Positions 1-6,598 of a stretch of DNA of 8,971 nucleotides are shown here, in pieces; positions within the stretch are counted from its first letter, which is position 1; every line of letters starts with the position of its first letter. A model generated the notes under the pieces. The model saw only the letters and a list, made by a program, of their open reading frames with translations, made no database searches and was not told the origin of the DNA. The translations under genes and the position numbers were made by a program. The stretch is from a virus (Duplodnaviria; Heunggongvirae; Uroviricota; Caudoviricetes): the IMG/VR virus record IMGVR_UViG_2602041905_000014; one strand, 5' to 3'.

Positions 1-1
1 G

Positions 2-553
2 TCATGGGATGCATGTGTAAATAGCTACAGAAATGCATTGGCACAAAATGCAGGTGTCTATTCCTTTAATCTGACATTGTCATACAACCCGATAACCACA
101 ACCTGCAAACCGGACGATTTATTAATTACGTTAGAGAGTATTCCCGTTTCACAATTACCAGCCACAGGTAACAAAACAACAATAAATAGTAAAAAAGGGG
201 ATATTATTCTGCGTTGTAAAAATTTATTAGGTCAACAAAATCAAACATCACGGAAAATGCAGGTGTATTTATCAAGTTCTGACTTGTTAACCAACAGCAA
301 CACGATCCTGAAAGGTGCGGAAGATAATGGCGTAGGATTTATTCTTGAAAGTAATGGTACGCCAGTCACACTTTTAAATATCACTAACAGCAGTAAAGGA
401 TATACAAATTTAAAAGAAATTGCGGCAAAGTCAAAACTTACAGATACAACGGTTTCAATTCCGATAACGGCCAGTTACTACGTCTACGATACAAACAAAG
501 TTAAATCTGGCGCACTGGAGGCAACCGCATTAATCAACGTGAAATACGACTAA
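2..553 (+). CDS. yehA: Fimbrial adhesin-like protein, C-terminal fragment; the 5' end lies outside the window. The listed ORF at 38 begins with TTG, but the frame is open back to position 2.
   Basis: Open frame from the window edge to a TAA stop at 551-553. The translation is Thr/Ser/Asn-rich and ends in an alternating hydrophobic strand (ALINVKYD), typical of chaperone-usher fimbrial subunits. It is convergent with rcnB, which matches the yehA-rcnB arrangement in E. coli K-12 as I recall it. Confidence 0.6.
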   Translation, partial: SWDACVNSYRNALAQNAGVYSFNLTLSYNPITTTCKPDDLLITLESIPVSQLPATGNKTTINSKKGDIILRCKNLLGQQNQTSRKMQVYLSSSDLLTNSNTILKGAEDNGVGFILESNGTPVTLLNITNSSKGYTNLKEIAAKSKLTDTTVSIPITASYYVYDTNKVKSGALEATALINVKYD

Positions 554-608
554 TAACAAGCAAGACGAGCAAGTGGCTAATAATAAAAATATTAAGGTGT
601 CTGCATTC

Positions 609-636
609 CCCCCTCTCTCCGAGGGGGCTTTTTTTT
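609..636 (+). terminator. Rho-independent terminator between the convergent yehA-like gene and rcnB
   Basis: Stem CCCCCTC (609-615), loop TCTCC, stem GAGGGGG (621-627), followed by a run of eight T (629-636). Confidence 0.7.
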
Positions 637-973
637 AGCGATGATAAAAAATCTCACCGTCGTAGGCTTTAATGATTTTACCGTCGGTGTCGCTGATCAA
701 CACGTACGCGCCACCCATATAGGTCCAGTGCGTCCCGGCATCAGGCGCGGGCAGGTTACGTAACTGCCACTGCTTAATGTTGTACTCATCGGTGCGGTAC
801 ATCTCTGGGACGGTGTCACCTGGTTTGAAATGCTTAAAGTCAGCAATGAAACTGCTTAACTCATACTTAGAAATTCCCGAGGTATTGGTCGAACCCGCGG
901 TGGCTGGTGCGGCCCAGGCGGCACTGGTAACCAGCAAAAGCGCACCCAGCAACATCTTATTTTTAATGGTCAT
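635..973 (-). CDS. rcnB: RcnB (YohN), periplasmic protein of the Ni/Co efflux locus, 112 aa. The ORF track extends it to 1153, but the start is more likely the internal ATG at 971-973.
   Basis: From MTIKNKMLLGALLLVTSAAWA the protein has a clear signal peptide. A GGAGAG Shine-Dalgarno motif lies a few nt upstream of the ATG at 973 on the minus strand. Length and position downstream of rcnA match E. coli rcnB. Confidence 0.85.
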   Translation of the reverse strand: MTIKNKMLLGALLLVTSAAWAAPATAGSTNTSGISKYELSSFIADFKHFKPGDTVPEMYRTDEYNIKQWQLRNLPAPDAGTHWTYMGGAYVLISDTDGKIIKAYDGEIFYHR

Positions 974-1191
974 AAACTCTCCACTTTGGGGATCTGTAAT
1001 ATCAGTCGCATATCTTTCCTGCCATACAATATAACTGACAAGCGATATTTTGTTAGTGATCCCATGATTTCGTAAAAAGTGTAAATGAAAGGATGCCCTA
1101 AAAGCATCCTTAGCGAGCAGAGAGTCAGCGGAAATAGCTGATTTAAGAATCATCCTGGGCTGAAGATAACATGCAAGCCTAAAGGATTGAG

Positions 1192-2016
1192 TTATCGCAT
1201 TATGCCCATGAAGCCATGTACGCCCATATACACACCAACTAAGCCAATCAACAGACTGGAAAAATAGGGAGCGCGTTTAGCGAGAGTGTTAAATCCGCTC
1301 CAGCGTTTTGCGACCTGCTGAACGCTGATTGCTGCGCCAACGCCTACGGTGACAAGCGTTAACGCCAGGCCGAGGCTGAAACTGACGACCAGTGTTGCGC
1401 CCAGTGTCAGGGCTTTCAACTGAATGCAAATCAACAGCACGGTAATTGCTGCCGGGCAGGGGATAAGGCCACCGGTTAAGCCAAATAGCAAAATTTGCCA
1501 GTTGGTGACCTCTCTACCATCAAAGCGTCGTTTAATGTCATTGGCATGGGCTCGTGCATGGGCATCCTGATACTCGCCATGTTCGTGATGGTGATGATGT
1601 CCATGGTCGTGGTGATCTTCGTGATCGTGGTGATGATGCTCATGATCATGCTCGTGCATATTCTCCAGCCAGTTGCGTTCGCCGCGCCAGGTACGCCAGA
1701 ACATCCAGAACGCGGTGCTAATAATGATCACTGCGGAAATCAACTGGAGCCACGGTTCTGCTGATTGAGCAGTAAAGCGTTTGCTGATCACCATCCCGCC
1801 AAAGGCAATTAACCAGACCACTGCGGTATGCGAAATAGTTGCTGCCAGTCCGAGCATCACCGCCTGTTTAATGGTGCCTTTGATGGCGATGATAAACGCC
1901 GCCATCATCGTTTTTGAGTGCCCCGGTTCCAGGCCATGAAGCGCACCAAGTAAGATGGCGCTGGGGATGAAGAACCAGGCGTTTCCTTGCTGAAGAAGTG
2001 TTGTAAATTCGGTCAT
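1192..2016 (-). CDS. rcnA: Nickel/cobalt efflux transporter RcnA, 274 aa
   Basis: Polytopic membrane protein with a long His-rich cytoplasmic loop (HEHDHEHHHHDHEDHHDHGHHHHHEHGEY), the hallmark of RcnA. It is divergent from rcnR across an operator-bearing intergenic region. Confidence 0.92.
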   Translation of the reverse strand: MTEFTTLLQQGNAWFFIPSAILLGALHGLEPGHSKTMMAAFIIAIKGTIKQAVMLGLAATISHTAVVWLIAFGGMVISKRFTAQSAEPWLQLISAVIIISTAFWMFWRTWRGERNWLENMHEHDHEHHHHDHEDHHDHGHHHHHEHGEYQDAHARAHANDIKRRFDGREVTNWQILLFGLTGGLIPCPAAITVLLICIQLKALTLGATLVVSFSLGLALTLVTVGVGAAISVQQVAKRWSGFNTLAKRAPYFSSLLIGLVGVYMGVHGFMGIMR

Positions 2017-2053
2017 GATAATAATTCTTAGTATTAATTCGGCAATCTGATTC

Positions 2054-2088
2054 TACTCCCCCCCAGTACCTGATACTACCCCCCAGTA
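2054..2088. promoter_or_regulatory. Two RcnR operator sites in the rcnA-rcnR divergent promoter region
   Basis: TACT-C7-AGTA at 2054-2068 and TACT-A-C6-AGTA at 2074-2088. On the opposite strand these read TACT-G7-AGTA and TACT-G6-T-AGTA, matching the described RcnR recognition motif TACT-G6-N-AGTA. Confidence 0.85.
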
Positions 2089-2136
2089 GATTAATAGTGC
2101 TATGATTTTTCATATTCTTGTTAACCAGGTGTTGCC

Positions 2137-2409
2137 ATGTCTCATACAATCCGTGATAAACAGAAACTGAAAGCGCGTGCCAGTAAGATTCAGGGCCAGG
2201 TCGTGGCGCTCAAGAAAATGCTCGACGAACCGCATGAATGCGCTGCAGTTTTACAACAGATTGCTGCTATCCGTGGCGCGGTAAACGGTCTGATGCGGGA
2301 AGTGATTAAAGGTCATCTGACGGAACACATCGTTCACCAGGGGGATGAGCTAAAACGAGAAGAAGATCTGGATGTCGTTCTGAAGGTGCTGGATTCTTAT
2401 ATCAAATAA
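2137..2409 (+). CDS. rcnR: Ni/Co-responsive transcriptional repressor RcnR (CsoR/RcnR family), 90 aa
   Basis: 90-aa protein starting [22 protein letters not shown], containing the HECAAV segment with the conserved Cys of the RcnR/CsoR metal site. It sits divergent from rcnA. Confidence 0.92.
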
Positions 2410-2498
2410 TTTATTAACGCGATTGTAAAACTGCCGTTTTTCCCCGTTTACAACGCGTGCGCTGGACATTACCATCCTCCTCTGCGATTTATTATCGC

Positions 2499-2549
2499 AA
2501 CCAAACGACTCGGGGTGCCCTTCTTTGTGAAGGCTGAGAAATACCCGTA
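2499..2549 (+). ncRNA. TPP riboswitch (thiM leader), 5' portion only; the match ends at the island junction
   Basis: ACGACTCGGGGTGCCCTTCTTTGTGAAGGCTGAGAAATACCCGTAT matches the thiM thi-box aptamer (GGGGUGCCC...GGCUGAGAAAUACCCGUAU) as I recall it. The expected continuation (CACCUGAUCUGGAUAAUGCCAGCGUAGGGAA) is absent; unrelated T/G-rich DNA follows from 2550. Confidence 0.7.
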
Positions 2550-2688
2550 TTTTCTCATTTAGTGTTTTTTGTAGTTCGGGAGTGTTCGTGATTGTTTGTG
2601 TATTTGTTTGATATACAATGATTTAATTGGCTTTCTTGTTTGTTGCTGTTCGTTGTTGTTTGCCGAGCTTCAGCGAAATGTGTGGTCA

Positions 2689-2712
2689 GTTGTGTGGTCA
2701 GTTTTTTGAGGC
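2689..2712 (+). repeat. Perfect 12-bp tandem direct repeat (TGTGTGGTCAGT x2) upstream of int
   Basis: Read directly: 2689-2700 and 2701-2712 are identical. It lies in a T/G-rich region with several TTGTTTG-like motifs between the junction and the int start. Confidence 0.8.
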
Positions 2713-2738
2713 TGGAGGACTGAAAAGAGGATCTGATA

Positions 2739-3959
2739 GTGGGAAAAGCACTAAACAAACTGAGCGATTCAACGTTAAAAAAATTGGTGGCTGTCCAGGC
2801 AGAAAAAGAGCGTTTTTACTCCGACGGGGGCGGGCTGGAGATTAAACACTCAAAGGGCGGCAAATTAACCTGGTATTTCCGGTACCGAACGGGAGGCCGT
2901 GAGGTTGCCGCAGAGCGGTTAAAGCTGGGGGCTTACCCTGAATTGTCGCTGAAAGCCGCAAGGGAAAAACGCACACTGTGCCGGGCATGGCTGGCTGAGG
3001 GTAAAAACCCCCGTTATGAGTTGTGCGCCACAGTACAGGAAGCACTAAAACCCGTTACGGTGAAGGAAGCGATTAACTACTGGCTGGAGGAATATGCGAA
3101 GGATAACCGCAAAGATTACATAAAGCTGGTGCAGCGTATGGATAAGCACATCATTTGCCATATTGGGGCAATTCCCCTTGATAAGTGTGATACAAGGCAG
3201 TGGATCGCATGTTTTGACCGCGTACGAAAAAAAGCACCAGTAGCAGCGGGCCATGTCATGCAGACATGCAAACAGGCGCTAAAGTTTTGCCGCAGGCGGC
3301 GCTACGCGTTTAGCAACGCCCTGGACGATTTGATCGTTACTGATGTGGGTAAGAGAGCAGAAATCCGCGAGAGAGTGCACAGCAACAGCGAACTAAAAGA
3401 AATTCTACGCGCTATTGATGGTGATGTGTTCGCTCCCTATTACAGTGCGTTAATGCGCTTGTTAATTGTGTTCGGGTGCAGAACGGCAGAGATCAGACTT
3501 TCAGAGATCAAAGAATGGGATCTGAAAGAAATGTTGTGGACAGTGCCAAAAGAGCACAGCAAAACGAAGGTAACAATATTCCGACCTATTCCTGATGGTA
3601 TTTTGCCGTTCATTCAGAAGCTGGTGGAGCAAAACGCACACACTGGGTTATTACTCGGCGAACTGAAAAAAGATACCACGGTGGCGCAATATGGACGAAA
3701 TGCGCATAAGCGGCTTAAGCAGGAACACTGGACGCTGCATGATTTCCGACACACGTTTACAACTATGCTGAATGATTTAGGTGTCGATCCGCATATCGTG
3801 GAGCACATCACAGCGCATCAGATGCCAGGTCAGCAAAAAACCTATAACCATTCACGCTATTTGCAGGCGAAACGGGACGCACTGAATCTATGGGTTGAGC
3901 GTCTTGATGTGATTGCAGGATATAATGAAAATATTGTGATATTGAGAGGGATACAATGA
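2739..3959 (+). CDS. int: Tyrosine site-specific integrase (phage P4-type), 406 aa, GTG start
   Basis: N-terminal arm-binding-type region (YSDGGGLEIKHSKGGKLTWYFRYR). C-terminal catalytic signature HDFRHTF, then HxxxH and the tyrosine in TYNHSRY. GTG start with an AAGAGG Shine-Dalgarno motif 8 nt upstream. Confidence 0.9.
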   Translation: MGKALNKLSDSTLKKLVAVQAEKERFYSDGGGLEIKHSKGGKLTWYFRYRTGGREVAAERLKLGAYPELSLKAAREKRTLCRAWLAEGKNPRYELCATVQEALKPVTVKEAINYWLEEYAKDNRKDYIKLVQRMDKHIICHIGAIPLDKCDTRQWIACFDRVRKKAPVAAGHVMQTCKQALKFCRRRRYAFSNALDDLIVTDVGKRAEIRERVHSNSELKEILRAIDGDVFAPYYSALMRLLIVFGCRTAEIRLSEIKEWDLKEMLWTVPKEHSKTKVTIFRPIPDGILPFIQKLVEQNAHTGLLLGELKKDTTVAQYGRNAHKRLKQEHWTLHDFRHTFTTMLNDLGVDPHIVEHITAHQMPGQQKTYNHSRYLQAKRDALNLWVERLDVIAGYNENIVILRGIQ

Positions 3960-4810
3960 CGAAAAAAGTAAATAGTAAAAAAGATTTACCAAAGTCATTT
4001 GATTTAGGCAAATATGATTGCCTAGAAAACTTGTCGGATAAAGATCTATTTCGCCAATTATATTGGCGACAAGATGATTTAACAATGAAACATTCTGAGA
4101 TGCCTGAATATGGATTTATGTTTGGTGCTGAATACCCGTTGCATAATAATTACGGGGATCCATTTGGAGAGCTGAAAGAAGACGATTGGTTTTGTGATAA
4201 ACAAAAAGAATATGACCATAAAGTGCAACCGAAGTTAATTGAGCTAAGTTATGATGATGGAATTAAACCTGTAACAAGGTTTGATATATCAATGATTAAT
4301 AAACTGACTGCGGAAAGAGGATATTGGAAGGATAAACCAATCATCATAGATAATGAGATGGTTGGAAGTTTAATATCAGAAGATAATGGGATGTTTTGGG
4401 CTGTGATGCGTGAACCAGTGAATCTCCTTTCTGATACATTAGATAATATGCTTGTTTCTGTTGACTTACTACATAACAGAGATGATGAGTTGATTGAAGC
4501 GTTTACAAAACTATTACCAAAATGGCGTAGTGAACTTTCAATTGTTGAGCCAGACAAACCAATTGCAGGAAGTTGGGAAAGCATACGACGTAAAATTATT
4601 GATTATAAGATAATCCCATTAATTGACTTATTATCTTGGGAGTTGTCTACAGATAGAAAAATTTCATTAGGGGTGCTTGCCGTATCTTTGTACCCTGATG
4701 GTGAAAAGGACACCTTTGCTATTGCTCAGACTGTAAAACCTTTCTTAGAAAAAATAATGCGCAGCGATTCTTTAGAAAAAATAAGAAAAATGTTATCTAA
4801 TGAAAATTAA
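3956..4810 (+). CDS. Hypothetical protein, 284 aa, acidic, no recognisable motif; AT-rich gene translationally coupled to int
   Basis: Its ATG (3956-3958) overlaps the int TGA (3957-3959) as ATGA, with a GAGAGGG Shine-Dalgarno motif upstream. A long uninterrupted ORF whose base composition is visibly more AT-rich than the flanking int and alpA genes. Confidence 0.7.
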   Translation: MTKKVNSKKDLPKSFDLGKYDCLENLSDKDLFRQLYWRQDDLTMKHSEMPEYGFMFGAEYPLHNNYGDPFGELKEDDWFCDKQKEYDHKVQPKLIELSYDDGIKPVTRFDISMINKLTAERGYWKDKPIIIDNEMVGSLISEDNGMFWAVMREPVNLLSDTLDNMLVSVDLLHNRDDELIEAFTKLLPKWRSELSIVEPDKPIAGSWESIRRKIIDYKIIPLIDLLSWELSTDRKISLGVLAVSLYPDGEKDTFAIAQTVKPFLEKIMRSDSLEKIRKMLSNEN

Positions 4811-4913
4811 TCATGGAGAACGATAAATTAGAATAAAGTTTATTTTTCCAATATTGCACCAACTGCTATGGTAAATAAGATGCCCTCGTTCGGTTACGTT
4901 CGAGGGTGTTTTT

Positions 4914-5138
4914 ATGAATCAAAATACACAATTTCAATCACTAACAGATCGCGTAATTCGTGAGGATGAATGTCGTAAGTTAACAGGCGTCAGCCGTACT
5001 ACACGCTACGAACTGGAGAAGAAAGGGGGCTTTCCGTCTCGCCGTAATCTTGGGGGGCGTTCTGTAGGCTGGTTGCTTTCCGAAGTTATGGACTGGGTGC
5101 AAAGCCGTGACCGCGTTAATTCAGGTAAGGCAGCCTAG
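4914..5138 (+). CDS. alpA: AlpA-family phage transcriptional regulator (MerR-like HTH, excisionase-like), 74 aa
   Basis: The translation (LTDRVIREDECRKLTGVSRTTRYELEKKGGFPSRRNLGGRSVGWLLSEVMDWV) has the AlpA-family HTH pattern. Its size and its position near the integrase are typical of P4-like islands. Confidence 0.85.
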   Translation: MNQNTQFQSLTDRVIREDECRKLTGVSRTTRYELEKKGGFPSRRNLGGRSVGWLLSEVMDWVQSRDRVNSGKAA

Positions 5139-5354
5139 GGGGGAGCTATGACACATAAAACAAAGGCGACCGGGGGCGGTCGCCAGTGGCATAACACTAA
5201 ACTTGAGCATATCCAGAATACCAGGTTGTCGGCTAGTGGGCAATGCTATCAGTCTGGCTCGATTCGCTGCCATGCCTGCAATGAGCGTATTTTCCTAGAA
5301 TACTCTTTAAGGTACTTCTCAAGGATAAACGCACATGGTGCGAATCTCTCCGGT

Positions 5355-5576
5355 TCATGTTCGTTTACCGCATTTTTGCGTTGTTTTTTCTTGGATGAGG
5401 ATAATTTCTNNNNNNNNNNGACGCTGGCGGTATTCAACTTCTCGCTTTAATGCTGCTGTTACAAACTGCCCTGTACTTTCACCAGGCATTTTTACCGCCT
5501 CAACATTGTTCATAACTTCATGCGGAACCCTTGCCGCAACTGTTTGTGATTTTGCGTTTACTGCTTTTGTCGCCAT
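5355..5576 (-). CDS. Putative ribbon-helix-helix (Arc/MetJ/CopG-like) DNA-binding regulator; the 3' end is uncertain because the frame crosses the N gap
   Basis: Minus-strand ATG at 5574-5576 with an AAGGAG Shine-Dalgarno motif 8 nt upstream. The N-terminal 52 aa (MATKAVNAKSQTVAARVPHEVMNNVEAVKMPGESTGQFVTAALKREVEYRQR) fit a beta-strand plus two-helix RHH layout. It is divergent from the operator-bearing promoter region. Confidence 0.5.
   Translation of the reverse strand: MATKAVNAKSQTVAARVPHEVMNNVEAVKMPGESTGQFVTAALKREVEYRQRXXXXEIILIQEKTTQKCGKRT
5410..5419. other. Assembly gap (run of 10 N)
   Basis: Ten consecutive N characters. The true length and sequence are unknown, so every reading frame crossing it is unreliable. 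Confidence 0.99.
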
Positions 5577-5625
5577 GTTGTGTACTCCTTACAAAAAACA
5601 AATGCAGTATGCAGGAAAAAAAATA

Positions 5626-5677
5626 AGTGTTCAACACTTGACGTGTTTAACACCTAGGCTTAAATTGGTGTTTAACA
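5626..5677. promoter_or_regulatory. Operator/promoter region: three 11-bp palindromes GTGTT-N-AACAC overlapping a sigma70-like promoter
   Basis: Palindromes at 5626-5636 (GTGTTCAACAC), 5642-5652 and 5667-5677 (both GTGTTTAACAC). TTGACG (5637-5642) plus TTAAAT/TAAATT about 16-17 nt downstream (around 5659-5665) form a plausible rightward promoter with the palindromes at the -35, spacer and start region. Confidence 0.65.
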
Positions 5678-5775
5678 CCTTGTTGATGCAAGGTGCAGAA
5701 ACGACGAAACCCGGCAGTGCGCTAACACTAACCGGGCTTCTAACCACCAACGATAGCAGAAGTATCGAGGTAGCT

Positions 5776-5979
5776 ATGTTAAATCATACCACACACCCGC
5801 AAGGGCGGGACTCGCACAACCTGAATAAATTCATCTGGCGTTTTATCGCCCTGAGCACGGCACAACCGCGCGTGATTCACATCGTGGCCACCAGCGAACA
5901 GGAAGCACGCCAGCAATCCCCGGCTGGCTGCGTGATGATATTCGCCGCCCGTATTCGTCAGGGGGTGTGCCATGCCTGA
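5776..5979 (+). CDS. Small hypothetical protein, 67 aa, first gene of the rightward operon; possibly of the Icd-like family seen in P4-like prophages (recollection, unverified)
   Basis: ATG at 5776 preceded by GAGGT, in frame with the tail of the gap-spanning ORF 5335-5979. Its stop overlaps the start of the next ORF. Confidence 0.4.
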   Translation: MLNHTTHPQGRDSHNLNKFIWRFIALSTAQPRVIHIVATSEQEARQQSPAGCVMIFAARIRQGVCHA

Positions 5980-6292
5980 TATGTCAAATTACCAGTACCT
6001 GATTAATCCGCATTTTAACTGTGAGCATGATATTGCTAAAAAGGTTTATTCCGCTGCGGATGGGGCTACTGACAATATATCAATGGGTATTGCGTCAATT
6101 GGTAGCCTGATGTGGCATGCGTCAGAAAATGAGGACTATGACGAAAAGGCTATGCGCATTGATATGGGTAATATCGGTTTGTTACTGGCAATGCTTGGGC
6201 AGTTTGATATTTCGTTACGGTGCACCATTGAAAATGCCGCAGATGCATTAAATGCCATAAAGAAAGCGAATACTGATTCAAATCGGGGATAA
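5972..6292 (+). CDS. Hypothetical protein, 106 aa
   Basis: ORF whose ATG (5972) overlaps the end of the upstream small ORF, same orientation as the replication gene. No motif recognised. Confidence 0.5.
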   Translation: MPDMSNYQYLINPHFNCEHDIAKKVYSAADGATDNISMGIASIGSLMWHASENEDYDEKAMRIDMGNIGLLLAMLGQFDISLRCTIENAADALNAIKKANTDSNRG

Positions 6293-6298
6293 ATAATC

Positions 6299-6598
6299 AT
6301 GAGAACATATTTATCTGGCTTGACTGCCAGCGGTTATGCACACCCCAAAATTATCCCCGGCGCTATTTATCTGGATAAGAACGGTAACAGAGTAACGGTA
6401 AAAGAACTGATGTTTGACCGTGTGTATTTTATTCGTGATGGCTATTCATTTCATAGTTCGCTGAACGTGGAGATCTTTATTAGCAGATTCAGGCGGGAAA
6501 TCCCGCTTTCCAGAAATAATCATGTGTCATGTATGGATGTTGATAAAAAACTACAGGAACTGAAAAACATGATTGCCGCGTGGAGAGAGCAGAAATGA
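6299..6598 (+). CDS. Hypothetical small protein, 99 aa; resembles the DUF4222-type small proteins of P4-like prophages (recollection, unverified)
   Basis: ATG at 6299 is 6 nt after the previous stop. Its TGA (6596-6598) overlaps the ATG (6595-6597) of the helicase gene as ATGA. Pattern Y-D-x-x-G-x-RV-V ... DRV-F-R-GY. Confidence 0.55.
   Translation: MRTYLSGLTASGYAHPKIIPGAIYLDKNGNRVTVKELMFDRVYFIRDGYSFHSSLNVEIFISRFRREIPLSRNNHVSCMDVDKKLQELKNMIAAWREQK

Noticed and set aside
777-1034. Plus-strand 85-aa ORF
   Set aside because: Antisense to rcnB, with no ribosome-binding site or recognisable motif.
974-1153. 5' extension of the rcnB ORF in the track (172 aa starting MILKSAIS...)
   Set aside because: The signal peptide and Shine-Dalgarno motif point to the internal ATG at 973; the extension is probably just open frame in the intergenic region.
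1495-1764. Plus-strand 89-aa ORF rich in Met/Val/Ile
   Set aside because: Antisense reading of the rcnA His-codon repeat; a low-complexity artefact.
1868-2149. Minus-strand 93-aa ORF
   Set aside because: Overlaps the rcnA N-terminus out of frame and runs through the RcnR operator region; no independent support.
2555-2845. ORFs 2555-2758 (minus) and 2627-2845 (plus)
   Set aside because: Low-complexity translations within the T/G-rich region upstream of int and overlapping the int start; more likely non-coding.
2842-3254. Minus-strand ORFs 2842-3045 and 3045-3254
   Set aside because: Antisense to the well-supported integrase gene.
3614-4085. Minus-strand ORFs 3614-3811, 3808-4011 and 3888-4085
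   Set aside because: Antisense to int and to the 284-aa ORF; Cys/Ser-rich or low-complexity translations.
4249-4584. Minus-strand 111-aa ORF
   Set aside because: Antisense to the 284-aa ORF, Ser/Leu-rich, with no start context.
5249-5437. Minus-strand 62-aa ORF across the gap
   Set aside because: The frame depends on the unknown gap length and has no start context.
5148-5450. Plus-strand 100-aa Cys-rich ORF with a G-rich Shine-Dalgarno motif
   Set aside because: It crosses the N gap, overlaps the better-supported minus-strand gene and has an odd composition. Not called, though a short real gene ending before the gap cannot be excluded.
5779-5973. Minus-strand 64-aa ORF
   Set aside because: Antisense to the small plus-strand ORF that has a Shine-Dalgarno motif and fits the operon direction.
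5335-5979. Plus-strand 214-aa ORF
   Set aside because: A composite that spans the N gap and the operator/promoter region and is antisense to the RHH-like gene; only the C-terminal 67 codons (5776-5979) are retained as a candidate gene.
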